NCBI GenBank assembly: GCA_038231435.1
Contig: JBBRLJ010000016.1
Coordinates: forward strand, 1-64,000
Length of the DNA: 64,000 nucleotides
Reading direction: 5' to 3'
From: Planctomycetota bacterium
GTDB taxonomy: Bacteria > Planctomycetota > UBA11346
Shown: piece after piece, positions 54,959 to 64,000 of the stretch
Numbering within the stretch: the first letter of the stretch is position 1
Layout: each line of letters starts with the position of its first letter
The notes under the pieces: model-generated
Seen by the model: the letters and a program-made list of their open reading frames with translations, nothing else
Told to the model about the DNA's origin: nothing
Databases searched by the model: none
Made by a program: the position numbers and the translations under genes

Positions 54959-55857
54959 GTGCTGACACGACATTCGCCTGGTTGACCCCACCCGCGCCCG
55001 CTGCGATCGGCCTGGTGCGCTGCGGCGCGGCCGACGCCCACCTGCTCGACCGTCTGCTCGACCGCGCCCCCGCACCCTCGCGAGCGCGCTTCGCCCGCCT
55101 GCTCGCGCCGGATGGTCGCATCGTCGACGAGGTCGTGGCGACGAGGCTCGCCGACGGGGGGCTCGAGCTGTCGTGCCATGGCGGCCCGGGGATGCGCGCC
55201 GCGGTCTCCGATTGCTTGCGCGGACATGGCTTCGTCGAAGTCGTGACGGATGGGCTGGACGGCGACGGCGCCTGGAGCGATCTTGCGCGCGCCGGCAGCC
55301 CTGGCGCGGTGCGCTGGCTGTTGCGACATCCCCACGCGCTCGCCGCAAGCGAAGCGCCGACACCGTTCGCGCGGGAGCTGCTGTTCCGCCAACCGGTGGT
55401 ACTCATCACCGGGCCGACCAACGCCGGCAAGAGCACGCTGCTCAACGCCTGGTGCGGCCGTCAGCGCGCCTTGGTCAGCGACGTGCCTGGAACCACGCGC
55501 GATCTGATAGCGGCCGAGGCGCTCATCGCGGGCTGGCGCGTCCGCTTGCTGGATTCGGCCGGCCTGCGTCCGAGCGACGATGCGCTCGAGCGCGCCGGCC
55601 AGGAATTGGTCGAGCGCGCGCGCGCCTGGGCCGACGCGGTGATCCACCTCTGTCCTCCCGATCAGGATCCTTCCGAGGCACGGTCGGGCGACCTGGTGGT
55701 GCTGGGCAAGGCGGACCTGCGCGCCGCCATCGCTCCCGGCATGGCGGCGTGGTCGATCTCCGGAGTGCCGGGCGCGTCTCCGGCCGCGCTGCTCGCCACG
55801 CTGGAGCTACGCCTGCTCGCGCACCTCGGTCTCCCGCCAGGTCTGGTCGAGCCCTAG
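54955..55857 (+). CDS. Short MnmE/TrmE-like GTPase
   Basis: N-terminal [12 protein letters not shown]...DEVV...ELSCHGG; G domain [20 protein letters not shown]; no C-terminal FCxGK. Confidence 0.75.
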   Translation: MSADTTFAWLTPPAPAAIGLVRCGAADAHLLDRLLDRAPAPSRARFARLLAPDGRIVDEVVATRLADGGLELSCHGGPGMRAAVSDCLRGHGFVEVVTDGLDGDGAWSDLARAGSPGAVRWLLRHPHALAASEAPTPFARELLFRQPVVLITGPTNAGKSTLLNAWCGRQRALVSDVPGTTRDLIAAEALIAGWRVRLLDSAGLRPSDDALERAGQELVERARAWADAVIHLCPPDQDPSEARSGDLVVLGKADLRAAIAPGMAAWSISGVPGASPAALLATLELRLLAHLGLPPGLVEP

Positions 55858-55977
55858 AGCGCGGTCGCGAGGGTCGGCGATGGACGCGCGCTGTGCGCCG
55901 AGGACCACGAGGACTCCAGCATTGCCCGCATGGGGGGCCACATACACTACCCGCCCGAGGCTACGCCCCGGTCCATC

Positions 55978-57273
55978 ATGCTCGATCTCGCCGAATTCCG
56001 CGCAAATCCCGATGTATTCCGCAAGGCCTGGGCCGATCGCGGCATGCAGGTGGACGTCGCCGCGTTGAGCGCGCTCGACGAGCGCGTACGCGCGCTCAAG
56101 CATCGCGCCGAGTCGATCAAGGCTGACGTCAACGCGGCGAGCAAGGCCATCGGCCAAGCGGCCAAGAGCGGTCAGGATGTCGCGGTCGCCAAGGAGAAGG
56201 CGCGCCAGCTCGGCGATCAGGCCAAGGCCGTCGATGACGAGCGCGCTGGAGCCGAGCACGAACTCGAGCAGCTGCTGATGACCTTCCCCAATCCGTGCCT
56301 GCCGAGCGTGCCCGTCGGCAAGGATGCCGCCGACAATCGCGTCGCCGCCACCTGGGGCGAGCCACCGGACTTCGCCTTCGCCGCGAAGCCGCACTGGGAG
56401 CTCGGGCCCGCGCTCGACATCATGGACTTCGACCGCGCGGCAAGGCTGTCCGGCTCGGGCTTCGTGGTCCTCAAGGGTCTCGGCGCGCGCTTGAGCCGCG
56501 CGCTGGTGTCGTACTTCCTCGACGTGCATACCCGTGAGCACGGCTACACCGAGCTGGCGGTGCCCTACCTGGTGCAGCCGCAGATGATGCTCGGCACCGG
56601 GCAGCTGCCGAAATTCGCCGACCAGTCGTACGCCTGTCGCGACGACGACCTGTGGCTGATCCCAACCGCCGAGGTGCCGGTCACCAACTATCATGGCGGC
56701 GAGATCCTCGACGCCGATCGTCTGCCGCTGAAGTACACCGCCCACACCCCATGCTTCCGCCGCGAGGCCGGGGCCGCTGGCGTGGGCACGCGCGGCATGA
56801 CCCGCGTGCACCAGTTCGACAAGGTCGAGGTGGTGTGGCTCACCGCGCCGGAGCGCAGCGATGCCGACCTGCTCGAGCTGCGGGGGCACGCCGAGCGCCT
56901 GCTGCGCGATCTCGGACTGCACTACCGGGTGCTCGAGCTGTGCACCGGCGACACCGGCTTCGGTTCGGCGCATACCTTCGATCTCGAGGTCTGGAGCGCC
57001 GGCACGAAGAGCTGGCTCGAGGTCTCGAGCTGCTCGACCTTCACCGATTTCCAGGCCCGCCGGGCCAATCTGCGTTTCCGGGAAAAAGGCGGCAAGCCGC
57101 GCTTCCTGCACACCCTCAACGGCTCGGGCCTGGCCCTGCCGCGCTGCATGATCGCGCTGCTCGAGGCCTACCAGCAGGCCGACGGCAGCGTGCTGGTGCC
57201 GAAGGTGCTCCAATCCTATCTCGGAACCGATCGCATCGCCCGCCCCGCCGCCACCCAGCAGGCGAGCGGGTGA
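55978..57273 (+). CDS. serS: Serine--tRNA ligase
   Basis: MLD N-terminal coiled coil, GTGQLPKF, IPTAEVP, CFRREAG, HQFDKVE, EVSSCS, TLNGSGLA. Confidence 0.97.
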   Translation: MLDLAEFRANPDVFRKAWADRGMQVDVAALSALDERVRALKHRAESIKADVNAASKAIGQAAKSGQDVAVAKEKARQLGDQAKAVDDERAGAEHELEQLLMTFPNPCLPSVPVGKDAADNRVAATWGEPPDFAFAAKPHWELGPALDIMDFDRAARLSGSGFVVLKGLGARLSRALVSYFLDVHTREHGYTELAVPYLVQPQMMLGTGQLPKFADQSYACRDDDLWLIPTAEVPVTNYHGGEILDADRLPLKYTAHTPCFRREAGAAGVGTRGMTRVHQFDKVEVVWLTAPERSDADLLELRGHAERLLRDLGLHYRVLELCTGDTGFGSAHTFDLEVWSAGTKSWLEVSSCSTFTDFQARRANLRFREKGGKPRFLHTLNGSGLALPRCMIALLEAYQQADGSVLVPKVLQSYLGTDRIARPAATQQASG

Positions 57274-57396
57274 TCCCATGACGACAGCCCATGGTTCATG
57301 GTTCCTCGTCCATGGCCTGCTGTCCGTCGTATCGTTGTCGTGCCGTGACGTGCCGTCGCGAGGGCTGGCATCGTCGGCGAAAACGGTCGCAGCCCC

Positions 57397-59322
57397 ATGA
57401 GCGACGACATCAAACATGAGTGCGGGATGGCGATCGTCCGGCTGAAGAAGCCGCTGGCGTACTTCCGGGAGCGCCACGGCTCGGCCCTGTGGGGCCTGAA
57501 GAAATTGTACCTGCTGATGGAGAAGCAGCGCAACCGCGGCCAGGACGGCGCGGGCATCGCCGTGCTCAAACAGCACATGCCGCACGGCACGCAGTATTTC
57601 CACCGCCTGCGCGAGGCCGGCAGCGCGTGCCTCGACCGGCTCTGGAAGCAGGTGCACGACGATCTCGCGGTGGTGACCCGCGACGGCAAGGTCGATCCCT
57701 CGGACGAGACCGATCTCAAGCGCCTCTATCCCTGGCTCGGCGAGGTCTATCTCGGCCATCTGCGCTACGGCACACACGGCGCGAACGCGCTCGACAACTG
57801 CCACCCGTACGTGCGCCCGAGCAACTGGCCGAGCCGCCAGCTGTCCGTCGCCGGCAACTTCAACCTCACCAACACGCCCGAACTCTTCAACATGCTGGTG
57901 AAGCTCGGCCAGCACCCGATCGGCGAAGCCGACACCAGCACGGTGATGGAGAAGATCGGCCACTTCCTCGACGTCGCCAACGAGGCCATCCTGCGCCAGA
58001 TCGGAGACTCGTGCGGCAACGGCCCTGAGCTGGCCAAGCGCATCGCCGACGAGATCGACATCGGCCGCATCCTGCAGAAGGCCGCGCGCTATTGGGATGG
58101 CGGCTACTTCATGTGCGGCCTGATCGGCCACGGCGCCGCCTTCGCGCTGCGCGATCCCAACGGCATCCGTCCCGGATTCTGGTACGAGGACGACGAGGTG
58201 GTCGCCTGCGCGAGCGAACGCGCCGCGTTGGTGACCTGCTTCAACATCAAGCCAGAGGACGTGCGCGAGGTCACCCCTGGCTGCGCGCTGATCATCGACC
58301 ACCGCGGCCACGCCGAGCAGGTCGAGGTCCTCAAGCCGCTTGAGCGCCGCTCGTGCACCTTCGAGCGCATCTATTTCAGCCGCGGCAACGACGCCGAGAT
58401 CTACCGCGAGCGCAAGGCGCTGGGGCGCGAGATGGTGCCGGCGACGCTCAAGGCAATCGAAAACGATCTCGAGCACACCGTCATCAGCTACATCCCGAAC
58501 ACCGCCGAATCCGCATATTACGGCCTGCTCGAGGGGCTCGAGGCCTACCTGGCCGAGTGGAAGGAGCGCGAGATTCTCCATCACCAGGAGGGCGGCACGC
58601 TCGACCGCGAGACGCTCAAGCAGATCCTCTCGGTGCGCCCCTGGCAGGAGAAGGCCGCGCTCAAGGACGCCAAGCTGCGCACCTTCATCAGCGGCGAAGA
58701 CGACCGCGGCGAACTCGTCAGCCACGCCTACGACGTCACCCGCGGCATCCTGCGCCCCGGAGTCGACAACTTGGTGGTGATCGACGATTCGATCGTGCGC
58801 GGCACCACCCTGCGCTCGAGCATCCTGCGCATGCTCTCGCGGCTCGAACCGAAGAAGATCGTGGTGCTCTCCAGCGCGCCGCAGATCCGTTATCCAGACT
58901 GCTACGGCATCGACATGAGCGTGCTCGGCAAGTTCGTTGCGTTCGAGGCGGCCGTGGCCCTGCTGCGCGAGCGCGGCAAGTCGCAGGTTCTCGACGACGT
59001 CTACCAGGCCTGCCTCGCCGAGGAGGCCAAGCCCGCGCCAAGCCCAGTCAACCACGTGAAGCGCATCTACGCACCGTTCGCGGACGAGGAGATCTCGGCG
59101 AAGATCAGCGACTTGGTGCGTCCCCGCGACATCGACTGGACAGGTGAGGTGACGATCGTCTTCCAAACCGTCGCCGGCCTGCGCTGGGCCATCCCCGGCC
59201 ACACCGGCGATTGGTACTTCACCGGCGACTACCCCACGCCCGGCGGCTTCCGCGTCGCCAATCGCGCCTTCATCAATTACATGGAAAAGCGCCAGGGCCG
59301 CGCCTACGAGGCAAGGGCTTAG
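57397..59322 (+). CDS. purF: Amidophosphoribosyltransferase (long form)
   Basis: KHE/CG Ntn start, NRGQDGAG, GHLRYGT, CTFERIYFSR, VVIDDSIVRGTT, CYGIDM, FTGDYP. Confidence 0.93.
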   Translation: MSDDIKHECGMAIVRLKKPLAYFRERHGSALWGLKKLYLLMEKQRNRGQDGAGIAVLKQHMPHGTQYFHRLREAGSACLDRLWKQVHDDLAVVTRDGKVDPSDETDLKRLYPWLGEVYLGHLRYGTHGANALDNCHPYVRPSNWPSRQLSVAGNFNLTNTPELFNMLVKLGQHPIGEADTSTVMEKIGHFLDVANEAILRQIGDSCGNGPELAKRIADEIDIGRILQKAARYWDGGYFMCGLIGHGAAFALRDPNGIRPGFWYEDDEVVACASERAALVTCFNIKPEDVREVTPGCALIIDHRGHAEQVEVLKPLERRSCTFERIYFSRGNDAEIYRERKALGREMVPATLKAIENDLEHTVISYIPNTAESAYYGLLEGLEAYLAEWKEREILHHQEGGTLDRETLKQILSVRPWQEKAALKDAKLRTFISGEDDRGELVSHAYDVTRGILRPGVDNLVVIDDSIVRGTTLRSSILRMLSRLEPKKIVVLSSAPQIRYPDCYGIDMSVLGKFVAFEAAVALLRERGKSQVLDDVYQACLAEEAKPAPSPVNHVKRIYAPFADEEISAKISDLVRPRDIDWTGEVTIVFQTVAGLRWAIPGHTGDWYFTGDYPTPGGFRVANRAFINYMEKRQGRAYEARA

Positions 59323-59498
59323 TGCATTCAGGGGCTTCGCCCCTACGGCCTGTCGGCCTACCCCACGGGCTTTGTCAGGCCTCGATTTCTCCGCTGCGCT
59401 GCGACATCGTGGGCGGATGGGCTTCGCCCATTCTATCTGCCCACCGCCCTTCGGCGCCCGGTCGCTGTCGCTCCGGTCTGAACGCTCAGGTTTGAATG
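59320..59498 (+). repeat. Nested multi-hairpin intergenic element, family C copy 2
   Basis: TAGTGC start, AGGGGC-TTC-GCCCCT, ATGGGC-TTC-GCCCAT inside GTGGGCGG/CTGCCCAC, closed by GCGACA/TGTCGC and CATTCA/TGAATG. Confidence 0.6.
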
Positions 59499-59584
59499 AG
59501 GCGCGCCGCCTATCTGACCGGGCGCGGCCTTGGACGTGGCCCGGGACCCTGGCAAAAGCGGTTTCCGCGGTAGACTCCGGGCTC

Positions 59585-60658
59585 ATGGATTTTCTCGGCA
59601 TGTCGTTGTCGGAATTGCGCGCCTGGTGCGCGTCGATCGGGCTGCCCCCTTTCCGTGGCGAGCAGATCTTCACTGCCCTCCACCAGGGCGCCGCGAGCTT
59701 CGCGGCGATCACCGTGCTGCCGCGCGATCTCGCGGAACGCCTGGATCACGAGTTTCCTCTGCCCGCGATCATCGAGGACCGTCGTCAGGAGAGCCGCGAC
59801 GGCACCGTCAAATCGCTGCTGCGCATGCACGACGGCAAGCTCGTCGAGTGCGTCTCGATCCCGACTGCCACGCGCCACACCATCTGCGTGTCGAGCCAGG
59901 TGGGCTGCGCGGTGGGCTGCACGTTTTGCGCCTCGGGCCAGAACGGCGTCGAGCGCGACCTGGTGGCCGGCGAGATCGTGCGCCAGGTGCTGTTCCATCA
60001 CCTGCGCCGCCCGGTCACGAACGTGGTGTTCATGGGCTCCGGAGAGCCGCTGTTCAACTACGACCACGTGGTCAAGGCGATCCGCGTGCTCGCCGAGCCG
60101 AAGGGCCTGGGTCTGGGGCGACGCCGTTTCACGGTCAGCACCTCGGGCGTGCCGAAGCGCATCCGCCAGCTCGGCGTCGACGAGCCGCAGGTGACGCTGG
60201 CGTTATCGCTGCACGCCGCCGACGACGAGACGCGCTCGCGCATCGTGCCGATCAACGCGCGCTGGCCGCTCGCCGAACTGCTCGACGCCATGCGCGACTA
60301 CAGCGCCTCGGTCAATCGCCGCATGACCTTCGAATACGTCTTGCTGGCGGACGCGAACATGAGCGAGACGCATGCGACCTCGCTCGCGCGGCTGGCCAAG
60401 AGCTTCGGCGCGCACATCAACCTCATCCCCTTCAATCCGGTGACCGAGACCCCGCACCGCCGCCCGTCGAGCGATCAGGTCAAGGCGTTCGCCGAGCAGG
60501 TCGAGCTCGACGGGGGGCACGTCACGGTGCGTGGCCAACGCGGAGCGGACATCGACGCGGCCTGCGGACAGCTGCGGAAACGCGCCGCGAACGGCGCCTC
60601 AGCCGGTGTCGACCCGGAGACCTCCGATGCCCCTGGGCGAACGCCTAAGATCCTCTGA
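59585..60658 (+). CDS. rlmN: 23S rRNA/tRNA m2A methyltransferase RlmN
   Basis: CVSSQVGCAVGCTFCAS, VFMGSGEP, LALSLHA, FEYVL, NLIPFN, DIDAACGQL. Confidence 0.95.
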   Translation: MDFLGMSLSELRAWCASIGLPPFRGEQIFTALHQGAASFAAITVLPRDLAERLDHEFPLPAIIEDRRQESRDGTVKSLLRMHDGKLVECVSIPTATRHTICVSSQVGCAVGCTFCASGQNGVERDLVAGEIVRQVLFHHLRRPVTNVVFMGSGEPLFNYDHVVKAIRVLAEPKGLGLGRRRFTVSTSGVPKRIRQLGVDEPQVTLALSLHAADDETRSRIVPINARWPLAELLDAMRDYSASVNRRMTFEYVLLADANMSETHATSLARLAKSFGAHINLIPFNPVTETPHRRPSSDQVKAFAEQVELDGGHVTVRGQRGADIDAACGQLRKRAANGASAGVDPETSDAPGRTPKIL

Positions 60659-60755
60659 ACATTGGGTTTGATTGAGGCGAACAGCCCCCCTGGGGAGACC
60701 TTGCGATGTGCGCTCGCGGCACTAGTCTGCTCGGCCTTCAATCGTGGGAGAAGGC

Positions 60756-61022
60756 ATGGAACCGCATCTGCACGTGGTAATGGGCTTCGGCCTTCCCCAA
60801 GGCACCGAGTGGCTGGTGATCGCCCTGGTATGCCTGCTGCTCTTCGGCCGGCGTCTGCCCGAGGTGATGCGCGGACTCGGGGGCAGTGTGAAGGAATTCA
60901 AGAAGGGCATGGAGGACGGCCCGGCGAAGACCACCGAGACCGCTCCGCTGCCGCGCGTCGATGGCGCGGTGAGCCGAGATGCCAACCCGACGCCTCCGTC
61001 CGATCACCCCAAGGCGAGCTGA
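60756..61022 (+). CDS. tatA: Twin-arginine translocase TatA/E
   Basis: EWLVIALVCLLLFGRRLPEVMRGLGGSVKEFKKG; start 60756 or 60780. Confidence 0.92.
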   Translation: MEPHLHVVMGFGLPQGTEWLVIALVCLLLFGRRLPEVMRGLGGSVKEFKKGMEDGPAKTTETAPLPRVDGAVSRDANPTPPSDHPKAS

Positions 61023-61029
61023 GCCACCG

Positions 61030-62121
61030 ATGTCGGAATCTGTCGAGAAGCTCGCGCGGGTCCGGAAATACATCAAGGCCCAGGGGCTCGACGGCTTGGT
61101 GCTCGCAACGCGCGCCAACTTCGCCTGGCTCTCGGGCGGTGGCGACAACCACGTGGTCTCACAGGCCGATGTGGGCGTGGGCGCGCTGGTGGTGACCGCC
61201 AAGCAGGCTTTCCTGGTTGCGAACAAGATCGAGATCGACCGCCTGGCCACCGAGGAGCCGCTGTCGGCCTTCACGCCCAAGCCGTTCCCGTGGATCCAGC
61301 CGCTCGGCGAGGCGCTCGAGAAAGTGCTGCCGTCGAAGAAATTCGCCTGCGACATCCCGATGGCCGGCCTCAAGCCGCTCGACGGCGACTTCGTCTACGA
61401 ATGCCGCGCCCAACTGACCGAGCCCGAGATCCGCCGCTACAAGGCTGTCGGCCGTGATTGCTCGTTGGTCATGGAGACAGTCGCGCGCCAGACCCAGATG
61501 GGCGACAGCGAAATGCAGGTCGAGGCCGACATGGCCAAGCACCTGCTCGCGCGCGGCATCCAGCCCTACGTGCTGCTGGTCGCCTTCGACGATCGCATCA
61601 AGCGCTACCGCCACCCGACCCCGACCGCGAACCACCTGCGCAAGATGGGCATGCTGGTGATCTGCGGCCAGCGCGGCGGTCTGATCGCCTGCCTCACCCG
61701 GCTGATCCACTTCGGCGCGCTGCCGGCCGATCTGGCCAAGCGCCACGAGGCGGTTTGCCGCGTCGAAACCGCGATGTGGGCCGCCACCAAGGTCGGCACC
61801 GAGTACGGCAAGGCGCTGCAGGCTGGCCTCGACCAGTACAAGAAGGAAGGCTTCCCGAAGGAATGGGAGCTGCACCACCAGGGCGGGCCGACGGGCTACG
61901 CGGGCCGCGACTTCATGGCGACGCCGGGCGAGAAGCGCCTGGTGCTCGACAAGCAGGCGGTCGCGTGGAACCCCTCGATCACCGGCACCAAGAACGAGGA
62001 CACCTACATCCAGGACGGCGCCACGCGCACCGTCGTCACCGCGTGTTCGGCGGATTGGCCGACCATCAAGGTCACGGCCGGCGGCGAGACGCTGTCGCGC
62101 CCGGGCATCTTGGTGCGCTGA
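61030..62121 (+). CDS. M24 family (Xaa-Pro) peptidase-like protein
   Basis: Creatinase-like N-domain, YRHP, LHHQGG, AWNPSITGTKNED. Confidence 0.85.
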   Translation: MSESVEKLARVRKYIKAQGLDGLVLATRANFAWLSGGGDNHVVSQADVGVGALVVTAKQAFLVANKIEIDRLATEEPLSAFTPKPFPWIQPLGEALEKVLPSKKFACDIPMAGLKPLDGDFVYECRAQLTEPEIRRYKAVGRDCSLVMETVARQTQMGDSEMQVEADMAKHLLARGIQPYVLLVAFDDRIKRYRHPTPTANHLRKMGMLVICGQRGGLIACLTRLIHFGALPADLAKRHEAVCRVETAMWAATKVGTEYGKALQAGLDQYKKEGFPKEWELHHQGGPTGYAGRDFMATPGEKRLVLDKQAVAWNPSITGTKNEDTYIQDGATRTVVTACSADWPTIKVTAGGETLSRPGILVR

Positions 62122-62507
62122 TGTCCGCGCCGTCCACGCGGATAGCCCAAATGCACATGACGGCATCCCTCTCACGGGCGCTGTGCGGGCTTCCGCTCGT
62201 GCTCATCTGCGCGCTCTCGCTCGTCGTCCTCGCCGGCTGTCCCGGTGATCGCAAGCCGATCCCGGTCGTGGCCGTGGTGGTTCTGCCCGACGACGACACG
62301 TACAGCGTGAACGGCCAGCGCATGAGCTACCGGCAGATGTGCGACGAGCTGCGCACCATCGCCGAGAACAACCAGCGCGAGAAGCGCGTGGATGCCCGCG
62401 CGATCGTCAGGCTGTCGTCGCAGGAAGGCGCCAACTACGACCGCGTGCGCCGCGTCGAGGACTACTGCAACTCGGTCGGTCTCGATAACATTCAAAAAGG
62501 CCTGTAA
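62121..62507 (+). CDS. ExbD/TolR-like periplasmic-domain lipoprotein
   Basis: VLAGC lipobox; YSVNG...IVRLSSQEGANYDRV...GL resembles the ExbD C-domain. Confidence 0.55.
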   Translation: MSAPSTRIAQMHMTASLSRALCGLPLVLICALSLVVLAGCPGDRKPIPVVAVVVLPDDDTYSVNGQRMSYRQMCDELRTIAENNQREKRVDARAIVRLSSQEGANYDRVRRVEDYCNSVGLDNIQKGL

Positions 62508-62629
62508 CAAGAGCGCATTGGGGTTGTAGCTGCTTCCGCAGCGGCGGATCCCGGCTCGCGTGTCCGGCCATGGTCTGGAATGGGCCTGCCGGTTCTTGCC
62601 GCGCTGGGCCGGGTGCCATCCTGCGTGCG

Positions 62630-63148
62630 ATGGCCAAGTACGGCTGCCTGCTCATCCTGCTGCTGTTCGGCCTGCTCGCCGTCGAGGTCTGGGTCTACCT
62701 GCTGGTCAGCCAGGCCTTCAGGCCGCCAGAATACCTGGTTCCCATCCTGGTCATGATCGGCATGGGCATCGTCGGCTACAAGGTCATCCGCTACCACGTG
62801 CCGCGCATGGCGCAGTCGGTGCTGACCGGATCGGTCGGCCGCCATTTTGTCGGCATCATTGCGGGCGCGCTGATGATCTTTCCTGGCCTTGCCAGCGACG
62901 CGCTCGGCCTGCTGCTGCTGCTGCCCGGCATCAATCACATCTGCGGCAAGGCCTGCAACGTCATCGCCATGAGCGTGCTGCGCAACACCATGAAGAAGAT
63001 GTTCAATGGCATGGGCGGTGCCGGAGGTGTCGGCGGCTTCTCGTTCCCCGGCATGAAACCTGGAGCCGCAATGAAGCCCGATGAGCAGGCCAGCTTCCCG
63101 CGCAAGACCCCCAAGACCTACGACACCAAGGCCGAGAAGCACGACTGA
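62630..63148 (+). CDS. FxsA-family membrane protein
   Basis: AVEVWV..., AGALMIFPGLASDALGLLLLLP. Confidence 0.75.
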   Translation: MAKYGCLLILLLFGLLAVEVWVYLLVSQAFRPPEYLVPILVMIGMGIVGYKVIRYHVPRMAQSVLTGSVGRHFVGIIAGALMIFPGLASDALGLLLLLPGINHICGKACNVIAMSVLRNTMKKMFNGMGGAGGVGGFSFPGMKPGAAMKPDEQASFPRKTPKTYDTKAEKHD

Positions 63149-63265
63149 AGCATTCCGTGTGGGGACCACAGCCCCGCCTGTGCCTCTAGGCGGTCAGCGG
63201 CGAACCATGGCGTTGCCCACAACCCGATCTGGCAAGTTTCCGGGTCCGCCTCACGATGCCCGCCC

Positions 63266-63544
63266 ATGAAGCACAATTCCTATTTCGATGGCAAGGTCCA
63301 GAGCCTCGGATTCGAGCGCAATGGCCGCAAGCAGACGGTCGGCGTGATCGATCCGGGCGAGTTCCATTTCGGTACCGACGCCGCCGAACGCATGACCGTG
63401 ATCAGCGGCGAACTGCACGCGAAGTTCGCTGGCTCGAGCCAGTGGCTGCACTACCCCGCCGGCACCGCGTTCGAGATCCCCGCCAAGAGCGGTTTCGACG
63501 TCAAGGCGATCTCGCCGTCGGCGTATTGCTGCGAATTCCTGTAA
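63266..63544 (+). CDS. ppnP: Pyrimidine/purine nucleoside phosphorylase
   Basis: HNSYFDGKVQSLGF, TVGVI..GEFHFGT..AERMTVISG, YCCEF. Confidence 0.92.
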   Translation: MKHNSYFDGKVQSLGFERNGRKQTVGVIDPGEFHFGTDAAERMTVISGELHAKFAGSSQWLHYPAGTAFEIPAKSGFDVKAISPSAYCCEFL

Positions 63545-63550
63545 GCCGCG

Positions 63551-64000
63551 GTGCCCATCAAGGCCGTCATCTACGATCACGATGGCACGCTGGTGAATTC
63601 GTTGCCCATGGTGGTCGCGGCCACCAATGACGTGCTGCTCGCACGCGGCCTACCCGAGCGACCGCCATCCGAGATCGTCGCGGCCATGGTCATGCCCACC
63701 ACGCCGCGCATGGGTCATCACGCCCGCGTCGACGATCCGCGGATCCAAGAGGTGTTGGCGCGTGAGTTCTATCTCAGCGCGCATCGCGTCGGACCCACGC
63801 ACGCGAGTCTCTATCCCGGCGTGGCCGCGCTGGTCGCCGAGGTCTCCGCTCGCGGGCTGCCGCAGGCGATGGTCAGCAACAACGAAGGACGCCTGGTGCG
63901 CCGCCTGATGGCAGCTCTCGGGATCGATGGCCATTTCGCCTGCATCCTCGGCGAAGAAGACGTGCCCGCTCCGAAACCGGATCCGCGCGGCATTCTCCAC
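63551..64000 (+). CDS. HAD-family hydrolase, 3'-truncated
   Basis: Translated by hand: (V/M)PIKAVIYDHDGTLVNS (HAD motif I), LYPGV, MVSNN, PKPDP. Confidence 0.85.
   Translation, partial: MPIKAVIYDHDGTLVNSLPMVVAATNDVLLARGLPERPPSEIVAAMVMPTTPRMGHHARVDDPRIQEVLAREFYLSAHRVGPTHASLYPGVAALVAEVSARGLPQAMVSNNEGRLVRRLMAALGIDGHFACILGEEDVPAPKPDPRGILH

Noticed and set aside
55807..59712. 1301-aa minus-strand ORF, and similar long antisense ORFs (23861-26446, 18332-20719, 21622-23577, 46160-47971, 6792-8603)
   Set aside because: Shadow ORFs opposite well-supported genes, expected from GC-rich codon bias; no protein motifs.

Overview
High-GC bacterial chromosomal segment. The gene repertoire (Hanks kinase-FGE fusion, several N-methyl pilin-like genes, secreted TPR proteins, short MnmE-like GTPase) suggests a Planctomycetota/PVC-type organism, which is an inference. 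It holds about 55 CDS. I found no rRNA, tRNA, CRISPR array, transposase or reverse transcriptase. Most genes are housekeeping: hemE/hemY, thrB, sppA, ftsY, rsfS, hpt, pgk, galE, split fumarate hydratase, gluQ, serS, purF, rlmN, tatA, ppnP. Five things stand out. (1) 1-10154: a putative trans-envelope operon of a large Ig/Calx-like adhesin, an FGE-fold lipoprotein, an outer-membrane beta-barrel and a 1904-aa Ser/Thr kinase with unusual repeats plus FGE and BON domains. (2) 15756-20617: three tandem 214-aa type IV pilins, each with its own sigma54-type promoter, followed by an O-antigen-ligase/O-oligosaccharyltransferase-like gene. (3) A ~107-nt intergenic element present twice (42008-42115 minus, 47929-48035 plus), with compensatory base changes, each starting at a TAG stop codon; there are two further pairs of hairpin elements. 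(4) A split RLAN + RimK-like ATP-grasp + GNAT module. (5) A three-gene secreted TPR cluster. Start codons were adjusted by eye from the ORF track, and all family calls come from motif recognition, not database searches.
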